Source of the DNA: an uncultured Gammaproteobacteria bacterium
Lineage (GTDB): Bacteria; Pseudomonadota; Gammaproteobacteria; CAWCPV01
NCBI GenBank assembly: GCA_963797555.1
Contig: CAWCPV010000016.1
Span: 1-64,000, forward strand
Direction: 5' to 3'
Length of the DNA: 64,000 nt
Below are positions 60,228 to 64,000 of this stretch, one piece after another (the stretch's first letter is position 1; each line of letters begins with the position of its first letter). The position numbers were made by a program, and so were the translations under genes. The notes under the pieces are model-generated. The model did no database searches. It had not been told where the DNA came from and saw nothing but the letters and a program-made list of their open reading frames with translations.

Positions 60228-61925
60228 TTATGCAGGCTTTGCGCTTCCATACTGCTGCTGGTAGGCATCGACCGCCTGTCGCAGGTTGAAAAACATCCTT
60301 TCGCGACCCAAGACGCGGCCGAGCGGAGCGCGTTGGACGATCCGCAGCACCTCCGGATTGAGCGCCGCGAGCCATAGCTCCATGCCCGCCTTGCGCAGCC
60401 GCTCCTCGCCCTCGCTAAGCATCTTGAGTGCCGTGTACTCGATGTCGCTCACGGCGCTGCAGTCGAGCACCACCACCTTCGGTGCGGCCTCGTTCATCAG
60501 CGGTGACATCTTGTCGGCGATGCGCTGGGCGTTGGCGAAGTAGACGCGCCCCTCGGTACGCAGCAGCAGGAGGCCGGGGAAGGTCTCGTCATCGGAGCGC
60601 TTCCTGGACAGGGGCCTGAACGCGTCGGTGCCCCGCTTGCGCCCGAGCGCGTAAACGGGTGGATTATTGGTCTGGTGCGCCAGGGCAAGCAGTGACAGGA
60701 CCACCGCCACGAGGATTCCCTTGAGCGTGCCGAGCAGCACGACGCCCGCGAACGCGACCAGCGCCCAGCGAAACTCGACGCGGCGGACCCGACGGATGTC
60801 GCTAAACTCCACTGGGCTGATGAGGCCGACGGAGTACGCCACAACCACCGCGGCGAGCGCCGCCTGCGGCATCCATCCGATGACCGGTGCCAGGAACAGC
60901 AGCGTCGCCACGGCAGCGGCCGCGGTCACCAGCTCGGCGAGCTGGCTGCGCGCACCCGCCCTGCGGTTGACCGCGGTCTGCGTGGTGCCGCCGCCGGCGG
61001 GCATGGCGCCGAAGAGGCCGCCGACGATGTTGCTCGCCCCGAGCGCCACCAGTTCCTGATTCGGCGCTGGCCGCGGCTCGCCCGCCTGACCGAAGGCGCG
61101 CCCGGCGGCGATGGTCTCGGTGAAGCTCATCAGGGCGATGCCCAGCGCGGCCGGCCATAGCTGTGCGACCAAGGACAGGTCGGGGGCGGTGAAGCCCGGG
61201 AGGCCCCGCGGGATGTGGCCCACGGTCTGCACGCCGAGCTGTGCGAGCCCCAGCAGAGCCGAGGCGGCGATGGCGGCGCCGACGGCCAGGAGCGGGGCGG
61301 GTAGCCGTGGCGCGAAGCGCTCCACGGCGACGATCGACGCCAGGGTGGCGAGTGCGACCGCGAGCGTCGGCAGCGAGGTCTGGGGCAGGTGCTGGACGAT
61401 GGAGGCGAGGTTGTGGAAGAACGGTCCCTTGTCAAAGTGAACGCCCAGGACCTTGGGGATCTGGTCGACGACGATCACGAGGCCGATGCCGGCCTTGAAC
61501 CCGGTCAACACCGGCTCTGAGATGAAGTTGGCGACGAAGCCGAGCCGCAACAGCGCAGCGAGCACAAGGACAGTCCCGACCATCACGGCGAGCGTGGCGG
61601 CGGCGATCATCAGCTCGGCCGCCTGGCCGCCCGGCGCAATCTCGCCCAGCGCGGCGGCCGTGAGGATGGCGATGGTCGTCGTCGTGCTGACGCTGAGCGG
61701 CCGCGAGCTGCCCAACAGGGCATAGATGACCATCGGGACGAAGGCCGTGTAGAGGCCGACCTCCACCGGCAGACCCGCGATCGTGGCGTAGGCCATCGCC
61801 TTGGGGATGACCACTGCGGCCGTGGTGAGCCCGGCAATAAGGTCGGGTCGCAGCCAATCTCGTGGATACTCCGCGAACCGACCGAGGATGGTCCCTCTGC
61901 TGCCAGGGGTTGTGATGCTCTCCAT
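60228..61925 (-). CDS. SulP-family anion transporter with STAS domain
   Basis: DLIAGLT...IPKAMAYA, NQELVALGASN and VYFANA motifs. Confidence 0.94.
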   Translation of the reverse strand: MESITTPGSRGTILGRFAEYPRDWLRPDLIAGLTTAAVVIPKAMAYATIAGLPVEVGLYTAFVPMVIYALLGSSRPLSVSTTTTIAILTAAALGEIAPGGQAAELMIAAATLAVMVGTVLVLAALLRLGFVANFISEPVLTGFKAGIGLVIVVDQIPKVLGVHFDKGPFFHNLASIVQHLPQTSLPTLAVALATLASIVAVERFAPRLPAPLLAVGAAIAASALLGLAQLGVQTVGHIPRGLPGFTAPDLSLVAQLWPAALGIALMSFTETIAAGRAFGQAGEPRPAPNQELVALGASNIVGGLFGAMPAGGGTTQTAVNRRAGARSQLAELVTAAAAVATLLFLAPVIGWMPQAALAAVVVAYSVGLISPVEFSDIRRVRRVEFRWALVAFAGVVLLGTLKGILVAVVLSLLALAHQTNNPPVYALGRKRGTDAFRPLSRKRSDDETFPGLLLLRTEGRVYFANAQRIADKMSPLMNEAAPKVVVLDCSAVSDIEYTALKMLSEGEERLRKAGMELWLAALNPEVLRIVQRAPLGRVLGRERMFFNLRQAVDAYQQQYGSAKPA

Positions 61926-61977
61926 CGCTTGCTCCGCTCGGTTAGACGTGCCTCGGTTGCTGGACCCACACGCTGCG

Positions 61978-62290
61978 CTATGCCAGCGTGAGACTCACGT
62001 GCACCGCGCCGTCGGCGCGGGACTGCGTCATCGGCAGGCCGCTGCGGGCGAATACCCGCAGCATCGCGGTATTCTGCGGCAGGCCTTCGGCGGCGAGTTC
62101 GGCTATGTTGCGCTCGCGGCCGATGCGGACGAGGTGCTCGAGGAGGCGGTCGGCGATGCCGACGCCCTGGTAGTCCTCCTCGACGGTGAAGGCCACCTCC
62201 GCCCGTCGCCCGGCGATGTCGCTACGATGCAGCGCCCCGCCAGCGACCATCGCGTCTCCGTCCTGCGTGGCGCCGTGTACGTGCACTGCC
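61978..62290 (-). pseudogene. GNAT acetyltransferase C-terminal fragment
   Basis: AEVAFTVEEDYQGVGIA...NTAMLRVF; N-terminus degraded. Confidence 0.65.
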
Positions 62291-62575
62291 TGGCGAGGGG
62301 GTTTAGCCGCAGGGCGCACCCGCTCGGGTCCCGCGCGAAGAGTGCAGCATGGGGCGCTCACGGCGGGTAGAAGAGCATACCCTATACCACCCTTGCGTCG
62401 ACACGCCGCGGCCGAAACGGAGCGGCCCAGCGCCACCCGCGCCACCTCACGCCTACGAAATATCGGGTGAGGCACCGAAATGCCGGGGGTTCCGGTTAAA
62501 CGAGCCGCGCAGGAGTCGGACCGCAGGCGGTGATGCTGGCCGCGGCGGTGCGCGAGGGGAAGTAACGCTCAACCT

Positions 62576-63697
62576 TCAATGCGGACCGCCCGTCGGGTCA
62601 GCGTCCTTGCCTAGCGGCGGTCCAGCGTATTCCGTCTGGTAGATCTCCAGGAAGGCTGCCAGTGCCGTGACGATCAATGGACCGATCAAGATGCCCAGGA
62701 ACCCGTAGACCGCGAGCCCCCCGAGCAGGCCCAGAAAAAGGAAGAAGGTCGGCAGCCTCGTTCGGCTGCCGATGAGCAAGGGTTTGAGGAAGTTGTCCGG
62801 GAGGCTCACCAACAGCCCTGACCAGATCGCCAGCCCTGTCGCAGCCCCGGTGTGGCCGTGGAAATAGAGCCACGCGACTGCCGGGAGCCAGACCCCGGCC
62901 GCACCGATCATCGGCAGCAAGGCCATCACGAAGGTGACGGCGCCCCACGCGATTGAATAGGGCACGCCGAACAGCGCGAAGCCGATGCCGGCCATGACGC
63001 CTTGCAGCAGCGCCACCAGGAACACGCCATTCACGATGGCGGAAAAGGTGAGTCGCAGCCGCTCCGCGATCGACACCTTCTGAGCCTGGGGAAAGGGCAA
63101 AACGTCCATCAACCCCCGGTAGTAGTCCTGCCCATCCCGGTATAGGAAAAACAGCGAGAACAGCATGATGACGAGGTTCACAGCGAAGACGAGCGCGTCG
63201 CGCAGCAGTCCGCCCAACTGACCTGCGACCGAGGCGGTCATGTTGCGGATACCCTGGGTAATCATGGCACGAAGATCCAGACCGGCGAGCAGCGGGGAAG
63301 CGAGGGCGCGCCCCACGGGCGATGCCTGCAACCGCCCCTGCAGCTCGGTCCACCGCCCAGATTGCACGAACGCCAATGTCGCGTGCCCCAGGTCTATGAG
63401 CTGGGCGACGAGGGCCGTGAGCATCAGTACCGCGGGAATGACGATGAGCACGAAGGCGGCGAGCGTCATCAGCGCCGCCGCAAGACCCGAGCGCCCACCC
63501 AGCAGCCCGCGCAGCCTGCGGTAAAGCGGGTACGTGATGAGGGCAATGATGCCGGCCCACGCCAGGGCACTGACGAACGGGGCGAGGAGCGCCCCGGTCT
63601 GGTACAGGAGGAACAGCAGAACGACAAGAAAAGCCGCGACGACGACCTGTCGGGGCAGTGCCGCGGATACCTCCGCCTGCGGGCTTGGCTCGCTCAC
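62576..63697 (-). CDS. AI-2E family transporter
   Basis: DNFLKPLLIG and GFLGILIGP motifs; multiple TM helices. Start codon uncertain. Confidence 0.92.
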   Translation of the reverse strand: MSEPSPQAEVSAALPRQVVVAAFLVVLLFLLYQTGALLAPFVSALAWAGIIALITYPLYRRLRGLLGGRSGLAAALMTLAAFVLIVIPAVLMLTALVAQLIDLGHATLAFVQSGRWTELQGRLQASPVGRALASPLLAGLDLRAMITQGIRNMTASVAGQLGGLLRDALVFAVNLVIMLFSLFFLYRDGQDYYRGLMDVLPFPQAQKVSIAERLRLTFSAIVNGVFLVALLQGVMAGIGFALFGVPYSIAWGAVTFVMALLPMIGAAGVWLPAVAWLYFHGHTGAATGLAIWSGLLVSLPDNFLKPLLIGSRTRLPTFFLFLGLLGGLAVYGFLGILIGPLIVTALAAFLEIYQTEYAGPPLGKDADPTGGPH

Positions 63698-64000
63698 TTC
63701 GACCACCGTGCTGTTTCCCGTCGTCCGTTGAACACTTCGCAGGGCTATGCCCAGGCACCGGTCGGCCCGGCTCCCCACGACCCCGCCCTGCCGATGCGGC
63801 GAATCCCCTGCGAGGGGCGTGATGCGCTCGAGCCGGCAGGGCAGCATACCTCGTGCCACCCCCGTTAGGACAGAGGTGGTGAAAGCGCGGTCGGGCGAGC
63901 GACCCGTTAGGTTCTGGACCTCAGGTCGAGAAAACGCAGTCAGCTCGCCGCATCCCGCACTGTATCAACCGGGTATCAGCCGGAGCGAGGTTGCGTCGGC

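Noticed and set aside
1-64000. tRNA, rRNA or riboswitch genes
   Set aside because: None recognised by eye; a covariance-model scan would be needed to exclude them.

Overview
High-GC window, probably from a sulfur-oxidising gammaproteobacterium (inferred from cysG, a rhodanese, a DsrC/TusE-like remnant and a NarX/NarL-like pair). Housekeeping and envelope genes (ctpA-like protease, cysG, PagL-like, ATM1-like ABC exporter, Pat-like acetyltransferase, L,D-transpeptidase, adk, mltB-like, MarC, SulP, AI-2E) are interleaved with many mobile elements: a complete two-gene IS4/IS50-like element with a DUF4338/DruA-like passenger, IS5 (two copies), IS1634, ISL3, IS91-like and IS1380-like remnants, a MITE and a group II intron fragment. 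The most notable structure is an integron cassette array at about 30.8-34.1 kb. It has an attI-like site, three intact attC sites, a fourth attC broken next to the 3' end of a group II intron, and no intI visible nearby. Its cassettes encode an unknown membrane-anchored protein, a DUF6338-like membrane protein with an unannotated 42-aa Pro/Lys-rich peptide, a zinc-ribbon protein, and a receiver-domain/CAP12-type TIR fusion that is a candidate new anti-phage effector. Many genes carry single-base frameshifts, which may be sequencing error or erosion. Family assignments come from motif recognition only; no database searches were run.
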